The notes under the pieces are model-generated. The model had not been told where the DNA came from. It worked only from the letters and a program-made list of their open reading frames with translations, and did no database searches. The translations under genes were made by a program, and so were the position numbers. A DNA stretch of 64,000 nt from the NCBI GenBank assembly GCA_017430135.1, contig JAFRNM010000007.1:6266-70265 (forward strand), written 5' to 3'. The stretch comes from Clostridia bacterium. Its GTDB lineage: Bacteria; Bacillota; Clostridia; TANB77; CAG-508. Below, in pieces: positions 1-8,980 of the stretch (position 1 is its first letter; every line of letters begins with the position of its first letter).

Positions 1-8
1 TTAATCGG

Positions 9-257
9 ATGTTGAAAGCAAATAATAATTCTATTATATGGGGAGAAGATGTTTTAGATAGTCTCCATTATAATGATAAAGTTGAAAAGGCTTTTTTGTT
101 TTACGTTGGTAATGATAGCCAAAAGCAAATGTTGCAAATGCATTTTACTGGAAATTGCTCTGATTATATGCAGTTAACATACTTTGCTACAAAAGGCATT
201 ATTTATCGTCACTATCTAAATGGAATGAAAAGAATTCTAATAGTTAATTCTGACTAG
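9..257 (+). CDS. hypothetical protein, possibly the 3' part of an ORF that starts upstream of the window
   Basis: 82-aa ORF from the track. The frame stays open back to nt 3, so the ATG at 9 may be internal. No motif I can name. Ends just before hairpin terminator 263-297. Confidence 0.3.
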   Translation: MLKANNNSIIWGEDVLDSLHYNDKVEKAFLFYVGNDSQKQMLQMHFTGNCSDYMQLTYFATKGIIYRHYLNGMKRILIVNSD

Positions 258-262
258 AACCC

Positions 263-297
263 AAAAAGGTTGTTGCAAATTTTGCAACAGCCTTTTT
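263..297. terminator. bidirectional intrinsic terminator between convergent genes
   Basis: AAAAAGGTTGTTGCAAA/TTTGCAACAGCCTTTTT hairpin (one mismatch) with an A-run before and a T-run after. Overlaps the stop codon of the Fic gene. Confidence 0.7.
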
Positions 298-1249
298 AGT
301 CAGTCATAAAATTTGTTACTAAATCAATAATAATTTCTTTTTCCTTTGGATTTGATTCGGCAATTAGAAGTGTTAAAGCTGCCAAAGTGTTATTATCTAT
401 TAATTGTTTTCCATCTTTAAAAAGAATATTATAATAATTTAAGAAATATATAAATAGTGTTGCAGCAATTCTCTTATTTCCATCTATAAATACATGATTT
501 TTTACTATTAAATATAAAAAGTTAGCTGCTTTTTCTTCTATGCTTTTATAAATATCTTGTCCAGCAAAACTTTGGTAAATATTGTTAATTATTGACTCTA
601 ATCCTTTATCTCTTTCAACTCCAAATATTTCACTTTTCTCATTGAATTTAAGCTTATGTATAATATCCATACAATCTTGATATTGAATTATTCTGCTATC
701 TGTATTACCTTTTATTTTTTTCAAAGTCCTGTGATCATAATCATCTAATAAATCTAAAGCTTTTGAGTATGAACCTATTACTTTTAAAATTTCTTTTGCA
801 TCGTCGCCTTCTAATCTGTCATCTATACGATTTGCTATATCAATTAATTTTACTGTTTTTTCTAAGTAATCTAATCTTGCTTGATTAACTGCATAACCTT
901 TTAACATATAATCTTTTAAAATTTTGTTAGCCCATTGCCTAAAAAGAATACCATTCTTTGACTTTACACGATAGCCTATTGATATAATCATATCTAAATT
1001 ATAATATTCAATATTCCTTGTAATCGTTCTGCCACCTTCGTTTTGAACTGTTGCAAAATTTGCAACAGTTGAAATTCCCTGCAATTCTTCACTTATAGCA
1101 TTTTTAATATGTCTAGAAATAACAGATTTATCTCTTCCAAACAATTCTGCCATTTGCTCTAAACTTAGCCAAACTGTTTCATCTTTCAAATTCACCTCCA
1201 ATTTCACACCTTGATTTTCAAATAAAATAATTTCGTTTTTCTTATCCAT
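296..1249 (-). CDS. RhuM-family / Fic-Doc domain protein
   Basis: N-terminal RhuM-like block (TVANFATVQNEGGRTITRNIEYYNLDMIISIGYRV) and C-terminal Doc-type Fic motif HVFIDGNKRIAA (HxFxDGNKR). The track ORF starts at GTG 1258; ATG 1249 lies 10 nt after AAAGGA. Confidence 0.75.
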   Translation of the reverse strand: MDKKNEIILFENQGVKLEVNLKDETVWLSLEQMAELFGRDKSVISRHIKNAISEELQGISTVANFATVQNEGGRTITRNIEYYNLDMIISIGYRVKSKNGILFRQWANKILKDYMLKGYAVNQARLDYLEKTVKLIDIANRIDDRLEGDDAKEILKVIGSYSKALDLLDDYDHRTLKKIKGNTDSRIIQYQDCMDIIHKLKFNEKSEIFGVERDKGLESIINNIYQSFAGQDIYKSIEEKAANFLYLIVKNHVFIDGNKRIAATLFIYFLNYYNILFKDGKQLIDNNTLAALTLLIAESNPKEKEIIIDLVTNFMTD

Positions 1250-1485
1250 AAAGCACACATCCTTTCTATAAATTTCTGTTTGTATAATATCATGTAAAAT
1301 TTAACCTGTCAATACAATTTAAACCACTTTTCATCGACAAAATTCGACAAAAATGGAAGATTTTACCAGCTCGTTCTTTTAATAAAAAAGTTTTTTAATT
1401 TTCTTGCATTTAATATTCATTATTGGTAAAATAAAAATAAGAGATATAAAAATATTGCTCTTTTTAACAAAGGAGGAAATAAATA

Positions 1486-3840
1486 ATGAGTAAAATTAAG
1501 GATAAATTTGAAAAACATTACACAAAATCAGGATTTTACGTAATAAATAATGTAAGAGGTATAACTTTAACTACATTGGTAATTACAATAATAGTTTTGC
1601 TTATTTTAGCAAGTGTTGCTACATTTACTGGGATTGAGGCTATTGAAAATACAAAGCGAACTAAATTTATTGCAGAATTAAAGATTATGCAAAGCTATGT
1701 AAATCAGTGGTATGAGGACTGTAAGCCTAGTGTAAATGCTACAGAATATGATAAACAATTTGCTACAAATGTTCAAACAAAGTTCACAATAGATGGCAAT
1801 GTTGCAGTAAATGCTACAAGCTCTGAGCCATTAGTTAGTGATAAAGTTGCACAAGCTCAAAGCTCTTTAAATAATGCAAACGTGGAACCCAAATACCATG
1901 GGAATTTTTATATTTTAGAAGAATCCCAATTACAAGCTTTAGGGGTTGAAGGCGTTAGCCAGTCAGTTTTAGTAAGTGTACAAGATAGAAAAGTTGTAAG
2001 TTACCTTGGTTTGAAATATAAAAATCAAATGTATTACACAATTGATAGCATAGATGGTGAAAATGGAATTGATGCTATTTATAATGTTGGGTACGAAAAT
2101 CCAAATAAAAATCCACCAAGCATTCTAGTTACAGGTAGGTCAGTTTATAATGGTGAAACTGCCAAAGGTGCAAAATATAAATTTATAGTTGATGTAACAC
2201 AAGGCTCAAGATATATAAACAAAGGCGATTTGTATTATGGTAAAATTGAAAATGGAAATGTTGGAAGTTGGAACAAAACAGAAGATAAAAGTTTTATTGT
2301 AGATAGAGAAGGAACTTATAAAATATATTACAAAGATGCTGCTGGGAATGAAAGTGAACAAGTGGAATATAAAATTGAGCCAAAGGCAACATTGTTAGCT
2401 GGTCCAAACCTTAATCAGAAAATAAAAACTATAGCTGGAGATACATCTGCAACATATGATACAGAAAACACAAGTATAATTGAAATAAAAACGGCTCTAG
2501 AAAAACCTGATAATTCAATTTTAACAGATAATAATAAAATATCAGCAGATAATTCACAATATCCAGTATATAGCTGGTTTAATAATGGTACAATATGGGT
2601 TTGGTCAGAAGAAAATTGGTTTAAATTACAAGCTGATTGTGGATATTTGTTTAGAAAATTTAAAAATACTAAAACTATAGAGCCATTATATATGTTTTAT
2701 ACCCCTAATGTATCAAGTATGCATGCAATGTTTTATGGATGCACTAATTTAGAAAAACTTAATTTATCTAGTTTTGATACAAAAAATGTTAATTCTATGT
2801 CTCATATGTTTAATGGTTGTAATTCATTAGCTGATTTGGATTTAAGTGGTTTTGATACTAGAAATACTACTGCTATGAATGATATGTTTAGTGGATGCAC
2901 TAAATTAACAAATTTAAATGTTTCAAATTTTGATACAGCAAAAGTAAATAACATGACATATATGTTTTATAGTTGTAAAGCCTTAACTAATTTAAATCTA
3001 TCAAGTTTTAATACATCAATAGTATCTAATATGTTAGGTATGTTTATGGAATGTACTAATTTAGTAAATTTAAATTTAACAAATTTTGATACAAACAAAG
3101 TAGAAAATATGCAATATATGTTTTATAACTGTAATAGATTAGCCAGTTTAGATTTATCTAGTTTTAATACTCAAAAAGTTAAAACTATGAATGCAATGTT
3201 TTATAATTGCAAAACTTTAACAAATTTAGATTTATCTAGTTTTAATACTGAATCTGTTATAACTATGGTCAATATGTTTCATGCTTGTAGCAGTCTTACA
3301 AATTTAAATATTTCTAGTTTTAATACAAGTAATGTAACTAATATGCAAGCAATGTTTGCAAGATGTTCAAACTTAACCAACTTAAATCTAAGTAAATTTG
3401 ATACAAATAAAGTAACTACTATGTCAAGTATGTTTAATAGCTGTAATAAATTAACTGAATTAGATTTATCTAATTTTAATACTGAAAATGTTACAACTAT
3501 GAATAATATGTTTTATGGATGTAGTGGATTAACAAGTTTAGATTTATCTAGTTTTGATACAAGTAAAGTAACAACAATGTGGTGTATGTTTTATGGATGT
3601 AATAATTTACAAACTATATATGCTTTAGATAATTTTGTAACAACTGCTTTAACTAATGCCCCAATAGCAAATCAAGCAGAAGGAAATACTAATTCATCTC
3701 ATTTATTTGTAAATTGTACAAAATTAGTAGGTGGTGCAGGAACAACATATAATTCATCTAATACAGACAAAACTTATGCTAGAATAGACGATCCAACAAA
3801 TGGAAAGCCAGGATATTTCACACGAAAACAAAATGTATAA
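1486..3840 (+). CDS. surface protein: pilin-like N-terminal leader/hydrophobic helix fused to BspA-type (DUF285) leucine-rich repeats
   Basis: 784 aa with RBS AGGAGG. N-terminus ...NNVRG|ITLTTLVITIIVLLILASV closely resembles the pilin at 55918 (KG|ITLIALVITIIVLLILAG). About 12 units of a 26-aa repeat (LTNLdLSsFdTskVtnMxxMFxxCxx). C-terminal GGAGTTY...GYFT tail. Confidence 0.8.
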   Translation: MSKIKDKFEKHYTKSGFYVINNVRGITLTTLVITIIVLLILASVATFTGIEAIENTKRTKFIAELKIMQSYVNQWYEDCKPSVNATEYDKQFATNVQTKFTIDGNVAVNATSSEPLVSDKVAQAQSSLNNANVEPKYHGNFYILEESQLQALGVEGVSQSVLVSVQDRKVVSYLGLKYKNQMYYTIDSIDGENGIDAIYNVGYENPNKNPPSILVTGRSVYNGETAKGAKYKFIVDVTQGSRYINKGDLYYGKIENGNVGSWNKTEDKSFIVDREGTYKIYYKDAAGNESEQVEYKIEPKATLLAGPNLNQKIKTIAGDTSATYDTENTSIIEIKTALEKPDNSILTDNNKISADNSQYPVYSWFNNGTIWVWSEENWFKLQADCGYLFRKFKNTKTIEPLYMFYTPNVSSMHAMFYGCTNLEKLNLSSFDTKNVNSMSHMFNGCNSLADLDLSGFDTRNTTAMNDMFSGCTKLTNLNVSNFDTAKVNNMTYMFYSCKALTNLNLSSFNTSIVSNMLGMFMECTNLVNLNLTNFDTNKVENMQYMFYNCNRLASLDLSSFNTQKVKTMNAMFYNCKTLTNLDLSSFNTESVITMVNMFHACSSLTNLNISSFNTSNVTNMQAMFARCSNLTNLNLSKFDTNKVTTMSSMFNSCNKLTELDLSNFNTENVTTMNNMFYGCSGLTSLDLSSFDTSKVTTMWCMFYGCNNLQTIYALDNFVTTALTNAPIANQAEGNTNSSHLFVNCTKLVGGAGTTYNSSNTDKTYARIDDPTNGKPGYFTRKQNV
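2638..3621 (+). repeat. tandem 78-bp (26-codon) LRR units inside the CDS
   Basis: The SSFDT/SSFNT motif recurs every 26 residues at aa 428, 454, 480, 506, 532, 558, 584, 610, 636, 662 and 688. Confidence 0.8.
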
Positions 3841-3949
3841 ATAACCCAAAGCCTTTGCAAATGCAAAGGCTTTAAAAAATTTCTAAAACAATTGAATAAA
3901 TAAAAAAAATGTGCTATAATACCAAAAGATTAAAAAGGAGAGAAGAAAA

Positions 3950-5611
3950 ATGAATTATAAAGACTTAGCCGATTTAATATTTCCAGATGTAAAGGAAATA
4001 TCATATTATGAAGAAAAATATCCAAGAAGAAATTTACCAGAAGGAGCAATGGTATTAAGAGTTGCACCAAGTCCAACAGGAAATGTACATATAGGTACTA
4101 TATACCAAGCATTAATTGGTAGAATAGCATCTAAAAAAACAAATGGTGTGTTTTATGTAAGAGTTGAAGATACGGACCAAAAAAGAGAAGTAGAAGGTGG
4201 AATTTCTCAAATAATAAAATCAATGCATGATTTTGAAATAATCCCAGATGAAGGAATGACAACAGAAGAAGAATGGAAAGGTAACTATGGGCCATATAAA
4301 CAAAGTATGAGAAAAGAGATTTATCAAGCTTATGCTAAATACATGATAGAGCAAGGAAAAGCGTATCCATGCTTCTGTTCTCAAGAAGAATTAGATGAAA
4401 TAAGAGAAAAGCAAACTGCTGCAAAAATAAGACCAGGATACTATGGTGTTTGGGCAAAATATAGAACACTTCCAGTAGAAGAAGCTGCAGAAAAAATAAA
4501 AAATGGAGAACACTATATAATAAGATTTAAATCTCCTGGTAGAGAAGATAGAAAAATAAAACATAAAGATGTAATAAAAGGAAATGTAGAATTCCCAGAA
4601 AATGACCAAGATATAGTAATTATAAAAGCTGATGGACTTCCAACATATCATTTTGCACATGTTGTAGATGACCACTTAATGGGTACAACACATGTAACAA
4701 GAGGAGATGAATGGTTATCTTCTGTACCATTACACTTACAATTATTCCAAGAAATTGGATTTAAAGCCCCAAAATATGCACATACACCAACATTATTAAA
4801 AAATGATAATGGAAATAAAAGAAAAATTAGTAAAAGAAAAGATGCAGAGGCAGCTACAAGCTATTACCTAGAAGAAGGAATACCAGCATTGGCTGTAAAG
4901 GAATATTTATTAAATATAGCTAATTCATCTTTTGAAAATTGGAGAAGAGCAAATCCAGATAAAGATATTGAAGAATTTGATTTCCAATTAAACAAAATGA
5001 GTGTAAGTGGTGCATTATTCGATATGGTAAAACTTTTAGATGTATCAAAAATAGTAATATCAAGAATGACTGCAGAAGAAGTATACGAAAAAGCTTCAAA
5101 ATGGGCATCAAAATATAACCCAGAATTAAATAAATTACTTGAAAACAAAGAATATGCTCTAAAAGTATTTGGAATAGAGAGAGGAAACAAAAAGCCAAGA
5201 AAAGACATTGCAAAATGGTCAGATGTTATGGAAAACATAGATTATATGTATGATGAATATTTCTATGCAAAAGAACAAAATAGAGAATATCAAGTAATAA
5301 ATGAAAAAGAAGATATTGCAAAAATCTTATCACTATACATAGAAAAATACTATGATGAAAATGATGACAAACAAGCATGGTTTGATAAAATAAAAGAACT
5401 AGCAGGAGAACTTGGATATGCAAAAGAAGTAAAAGAATTCAAAGCAAATCCAGATGCCTACAAAGCACATGTTGGTGATGTAAGTACAGCAATTCGTGTT
5501 GCGCTTACAGCAAGAACAAATACACCAGATATGTATGAAATAATGCAAGTTCTAGGAAAAGATGCTGTAGTTGCAAGATTACAAAAAGAAATTGAAAGAT
5601 TAGAGAAATAA
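3950..5611 (+). CDS. gltX: glutamate--tRNA ligase
   Basis: Class I aaRS signatures PSPTGNVHIGT (HIGH) and KISKRK (KMSKS); RVEDTDQKRE block typical of GluRS; RBS AAGGAGAG. Confidence 0.85.
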   Translation: MNYKDLADLIFPDVKEISYYEEKYPRRNLPEGAMVLRVAPSPTGNVHIGTIYQALIGRIASKKTNGVFYVRVEDTDQKREVEGGISQIIKSMHDFEIIPDEGMTTEEEWKGNYGPYKQSMRKEIYQAYAKYMIEQGKAYPCFCSQEELDEIREKQTAAKIRPGYYGVWAKYRTLPVEEAAEKIKNGEHYIIRFKSPGREDRKIKHKDVIKGNVEFPENDQDIVIIKADGLPTYHFAHVVDDHLMGTTHVTRGDEWLSSVPLHLQLFQEIGFKAPKYAHTPTLLKNDNGNKRKISKRKDAEAATSYYLEEGIPALAVKEYLLNIANSSFENWRRANPDKDIEEFDFQLNKMSVSGALFDMVKLLDVSKIVISRMTAEEVYEKASKWASKYNPELNKLLENKEYALKVFGIERGNKKPRKDIAKWSDVMENIDYMYDEYFYAKEQNREYQVINEKEDIAKILSLYIEKYYDENDDKQAWFDKIKELAGELGYAKEVKEFKANPDAYKAHVGDVSTAIRVALTARTNTPDMYEIMQVLGKDAVVARLQKEIERLEK

Positions 5612-5613
5612 CA

Positions 5614-5744
5614 AAAAGCAAATATATTAAAATAAAGTGACGCGCAGCTTGGAAGGAGAATATGAAGTTGTTAAAAGCTTTGCTTTTATACAACTTCAAT
5701 TCGCACGACCAGTAAGGAACGGCTATTTTAATATATTTGCTTTT
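5614..5744 (+). repeat. structured 3'-UTR repeat, divergent relative of family B
   Basis: The 21-nt arms AAAAGCAAATATATTAAAATA / TATTTTAATATATTTGCTTTT are perfect inverted repeats. They enclose a GC-richer core (GTGACGCGCAGC...GAAGTTGT-loop-ACAACTTC...CGCACGACCAGTAAGGAACGGC). Starts 3 nt after the gltX stop. Confidence 0.7.
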
Positions 5745-5835
5745 ATATTATATGTCGAAATTTGTAACAATTTCTTTTTGAAATCATAGAATATAGTATA
5801 GCAGGAAGTTAACTGCTATACTGGAGGTGAGAAAT

Positions 5836-6078
5836 ATGGAACCTCAAGAACAAAAAATATATTGTTATTGTAATAAAGATTGTAAAAAGAAAAGTTGCAT
5901 AGGAACAGCAGTTGCGATATTCTTTGTAGCGTTTGCTTTTACAATTGGATTAATTATAGGAGCTGCAGTAAGTACAGCAATTTTAGATGCTTTAGCTGCT
6001 GTAATAGTATTAGCTATAGTTTTATTTATATTATTTGTAGTTGCATTGATACTACAATATTGTAGAAGACGTTGCTAA
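5836..6078 (+). CDS. small Cys/Lys-rich membrane protein (two predicted TM helices), unknown function
   Basis: ATG 5836 lies 8 nt after GGAGG (the track start GTG 5827 overlaps the RBS). Sequence MEPQEQKIYCYCNKDCKKKSC, then a long hydrophobic stretch, then CRRRC. Confidence 0.55.
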   Translation: MEPQEQKIYCYCNKDCKKKSCIGTAVAIFFVAFAFTIGLIIGAAVSTAILDALAAVIVLAIVLFILFVVALILQYCRRRC

Positions 6079-6251
6079 AATTTTTAAATAATTGGCGAAT
6101 TTCGTTGTTGAACTGCATTCGATAATCCAGCACAAGGCATACTGACGCTGTAACATGCAAAGCATTAACAGCCTCAGCATCGACGTGCAACAAGCACGCC
6201 TCCGGTTATCTCATTTATTCGCCTAGAAATTCGCTCAATTATTTAAAAATT
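6079..6251 (+). repeat. structured 3'-UTR repeat, family A copy 1 (long apex)
   Basis: AATTTTTAAATAATTGGCGAATTTCGTTGTTGAACTGCATTCGATAATCC...GCACGCCTCCGGTTATCTCATTTATTCGCCTAGAAATTCGCTCAATTATTTAAAAATT. Homologous to 39795-39914 and 62780-62901. Confidence 0.85.
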
Positions 6252-6255
6252 GCAT

Positions 6256-6289
6256 AAAAAAATGGAAGAAAATTTTTCTTCCATTTTTT
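6256..6289 (+). terminator. intrinsic terminator
   Basis: ATGGAAGAAAA/TTTTCTTCCAT stem followed by a T-run; lies directly after repeat A1. Confidence 0.7.
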
Positions 6290-6362
6290 ATGCTTGAATT
6301 ATTGAAATATTGTATAAAATATTGTATAATGCAAACTATATATATATAAAGGAGGAATTACG

Positions 6363-6626
6363 ATGGAAGAAGCAGTAACAGGAAAAGTGTATCGTCACTT
6401 TAAAGGAAATTACTATTTTGTTGAGAATATAGGGTTTGACTCGGAAACACAAGAAAGACTAGTAATATACAAACCGCTATATCCAAGAGAGGATGGAAGA
6501 GCAATTTGGGTAAGACCAGAGAAAATGTTCTTAAGTGAAATTCCATCGGATAGACCAGATAATATAACAGGACAAACTGTAAGATTTAAATTATGTGAAG
6601 AAATGAACATGAATTATATAAAATAA
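6363..6626 (+). CDS. DUF1653-like protein
   Basis: The YRHFKGNYY...VIYKPLY...WVRPEKMF pattern is typical of DUF1653; RBS AAGGAGG. Confidence 0.6.
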   Translation: MEEAVTGKVYRHFKGNYYFVENIGFDSETQERLVIYKPLYPREDGRAIWVRPEKMFLSEIPSDRPDNITGQTVRFKLCEEMNMNYIK

Positions 6627-6640
6627 AAGGAGCAATAATT

Positions 6641-7927
6641 ATGATAGATATAAAATTTTTAAGAGAAAATCCAGAAATTGTAAAAGAAAATATAAAGAAA
6701 AAATTTCAAGATCATAAATTAGTTTTAGTTGATGAAGTTATTGAACTAGATAAGAAAAATAGAGAAGCTCAATTAAAAGGAGATAATTTAAGAGCAGAAA
6801 GAAAACAAATAAGCAATGAAATTGGAAACTTAATGAAACAAGGCAAAAAAGAAGAAGCAGAAGAAGTAAAGAAAAAAGTTCAAAAAATAAATGAAGAACT
6901 TGAAGAAAACGAAAAGAAAGAAGCAGAATATTCAGAAGAAATTAAACAAAGAATGATGAAAATACCTAATATAATGGATGCATCAGTTCCAATAGGGGAA
7001 GATGATAGCAAAAATGTTGAAGTTCAAAGATTTGGAGAAGCTACAAATCCAAGTTATGAAATTCCTCATCATGCAGATATTATTGCACAATTTAATGGTT
7101 TAGATAAAGAGGCAGCAGGAAGAACGAGTGGTGTTGGATTTTATTATTTAATTGGAGATATTGCAAGACTTCACGAAGCAATGCTTGCTTATGCAAGAGA
7201 TTACATGATAAATAATGGATTTACATATGCTATACCACCATTTATGATTCGTTCAGATGTTGTAACAGGAGTTATGAGCTTTGAAGAAATGGATGCAATG
7301 ATGTACAAAATTGAAGGAGAAGACTTATATCTAATAGGAACAAGTGAGCATTCAATGATAGGAAAATTCAAAGAGCAAATTATTAAAAAAGAAGAACTTC
7401 CTATAAACATGACATCATATTCTCCATGCTTTAGAAAAGAGATTGGTTCTCATGGATTAGAAGAAAGAGGATTATATCGTGTTCATCAATTTGAAAAACA
7501 AGAAATGATAGTTATTTGTGAGCCAGAAGAATCAATGGATTGGTACAATAAAATGTGGAAACTAACTGTTGATATATTTAGAAGTTGGAATGTTCCAGTA
7601 AGACAATTGGAATGTTGTTCAGGAGATTTAGCAGATCTAAAAGTTAAATCTTGTGATATTGAAGCATGGAGTCCAAGACAACAAAAATACTTTGAAGTAG
7701 GAAGCTGTTCAACTTTAGGAGATGCGCAATCTAGAAGACTTGGAATTCGTGTAAAAGGCGAGAAAGGAAACTATTTCCCACATACTTTAAACAACACAGT
7801 TGTTGCAACTCCAAGAGGACTTATTGCTGTTCTTGAAAACAACTATAATGAAGATGGTTCAATTACTGTTCCAGAAGTTTTAAGACCATACATGGGCGGA
7901 TTAGAAAAAATAACTAAAAAACAATAA
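6641..7927 (+). CDS. serS: serine--tRNA ligase
   Basis: 428 aa. N-terminal coiled-coil arm (MIDIKFLRENPE...) and a class II core (FRKEIGSHGLEERGLYRVHQFEKQE). Confidence 0.9.
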   Translation: MIDIKFLRENPEIVKENIKKKFQDHKLVLVDEVIELDKKNREAQLKGDNLRAERKQISNEIGNLMKQGKKEEAEEVKKKVQKINEELEENEKKEAEYSEEIKQRMMKIPNIMDASVPIGEDDSKNVEVQRFGEATNPSYEIPHHADIIAQFNGLDKEAAGRTSGVGFYYLIGDIARLHEAMLAYARDYMINNGFTYAIPPFMIRSDVVTGVMSFEEMDAMMYKIEGEDLYLIGTSEHSMIGKFKEQIIKKEELPINMTSYSPCFRKEIGSHGLEERGLYRVHQFEKQEMIVICEPEESMDWYNKMWKLTVDIFRSWNVPVRQLECCSGDLADLKVKSCDIEAWSPRQQKYFEVGSCSTLGDAQSRRLGIRVKGEKGNYFPHTLNNTVVATPRGLIAVLENNYNEDGSITVPEVLRPYMGGLEKITKKQ

Positions 7928-8031
7928 AAAACTACAAAAAGCCTTGACTTTAAAGGGATTATAAATATATAATACAAAAAATAGCAAAAGAAGAAAAATA
8001 AATAACGGACTTTTGGAGGTAGTAAAGGCAA

Positions 8032-8685
8032 ATGAGTGAGCAACCAAACAATATATATTTCAAGACAAATGAATATGAAAACATGCCAGATGAAGAAGTT
8101 GTAAAACTAATAAAACAAGGTGATGATGATGCCTTTTCATACTTGTGCGAAAAATATAAAGATATAATAAATGTAAAAGTTTCAAAATACTACATAATAG
8201 GGGCAGAAAGGGATGACACTGTTCAAGAAGGAATGATTGGCTTATTTAAAGCAATAAAAAGTTATGATGAAACAAAGCAAAATTCCTTCAAAACTTTTGC
8301 AAATATATGTGTAGAAAGACAATTAATAACAGCAATAAAAAGCTCAAATAGGCAAAAACATCAACCTTTAAATTCATATTTATCATTAAATAATTCAGCA
8401 TATGACAATGATGATAATGACGAAGAATTAATAAACACATTCGATAGTAAAACAATAGAAGATCCACTAGATACTGTAATGAAAAAAGAATACATAGCTC
8501 ACATAGAAAACACAATTGATAGAACTTTAAGCGGTTTTGAAAAACAAGTTTTAAATAGATACATAAAAGGTGAAAGCTATGTGGATATTGCAAATAAATT
8601 AGATGCACCTGTAAAGTCTGTAGACAATGCGATACAAAGAATACGTAAAAAAGCAATTAAAAATTTATATGATGATGTAAATTAG
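8032..8685 (+). CDS. sigH: RNA polymerase sporulation sigma factor SigH
   Basis: VQEGMIGLFKAIKSYDETKQNSFKTFANICVERQLITAIKSSNRQKHQPLNSYLSL closely parallels the Bacillus SigH signature (RQIITAIKTATRQKHIPLNSY). Confidence 0.85.
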   Translation: MSEQPNNIYFKTNEYENMPDEEVVKLIKQGDDDAFSYLCEKYKDIINVKVSKYYIIGAERDDTVQEGMIGLFKAIKSYDETKQNSFKTFANICVERQLITAIKSSNRQKHQPLNSYLSLNNSAYDNDDNDEELINTFDSKTIEDPLDTVMKKEYIAHIENTIDRTLSGFEKQVLNRYIKGESYVDIANKLDAPVKSVDNAIQRIRKKAIKNLYDDVN

Positions 8686-8694
8686 TTAAAAATG

Positions 8695-8739
8695 AAATCT
8701 GGGGTACTGAAAATAATATTTTTTCAGTACCCCAGATTT
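8695..8739. terminator. hairpin between sigH and the convergent tRNA-Thr
   Basis: AAATCTGGGGTACTGAAAA-loop-TTTTCAGTACCCCAGATTT, a perfect 19-bp stem. The T-run is weak on the + strand and better on the - strand. Confidence 0.5.
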
Positions 8740-8765
8740 CAAGTTGTTAAAAAAACAAAAGAATG

Positions 8766-8841
8766 TGGTGCTTCCAACGGGAATCGAACCCGTGACCTCA
8801 GCCTTACCAAGGCTGCACTCTACCTACTGAGCTATAGAAGC
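8766..8841 (-). tRNA. tRNA-Thr (anticodon GGU), CCA encoded
   Basis: The reverse complement folds as a cloverleaf. Acceptor GCTTCTA/TGGAAGC; D arm GCTC-AGTAGGTA-GAGT; anticodon arm CAGCC-TTGGTAA-GGCTG; T arm ACGGG-TTCGATT-CCCGT; 3' ACCA. Confidence 0.9.
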
Positions 8842-8945
8842 AAATTAAGGGTTTTAGTAATTTTAAAAGCTAATTGACAACTTTTTTGACAACTAAAACT
8901 AGAAGTGATTATATACTATAAATTTTAAAAAGTAAACAATTTCTA

Positions 8946-8974
8946 TTGACTTTTTTGAAAAAAAGTTTTAGAAT
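8946..8974 (+). promoter_or_regulatory. sigmaA-type promoter for the thrS leader
   Basis: TTGACT, 17 nt spacer, TAGAAT. Confidence 0.55.
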
Positions 8975-8980
8975 AGTTAG

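Noticed and set aside
4391-5699. Several 64-124 aa ORFs antisense to gltX. Similar Phe/Leu/Ile-rich antisense ORFs occur inside serS, sigH, thrS, ychF, valS, polC, pilB, pilT and other genes.
   Set aside because: These are typical spurious antisense ORFs in AT-rich coding DNA. They have no RBS, hydrophobic low-complexity translations, and are fully nested in well-supported genes.
8692-8877. 61-aa ORF on the + strand
   Set aside because: It runs through the sigH terminator hairpin and is antisense to a well-folding tRNA-Thr gene. There is no RBS.
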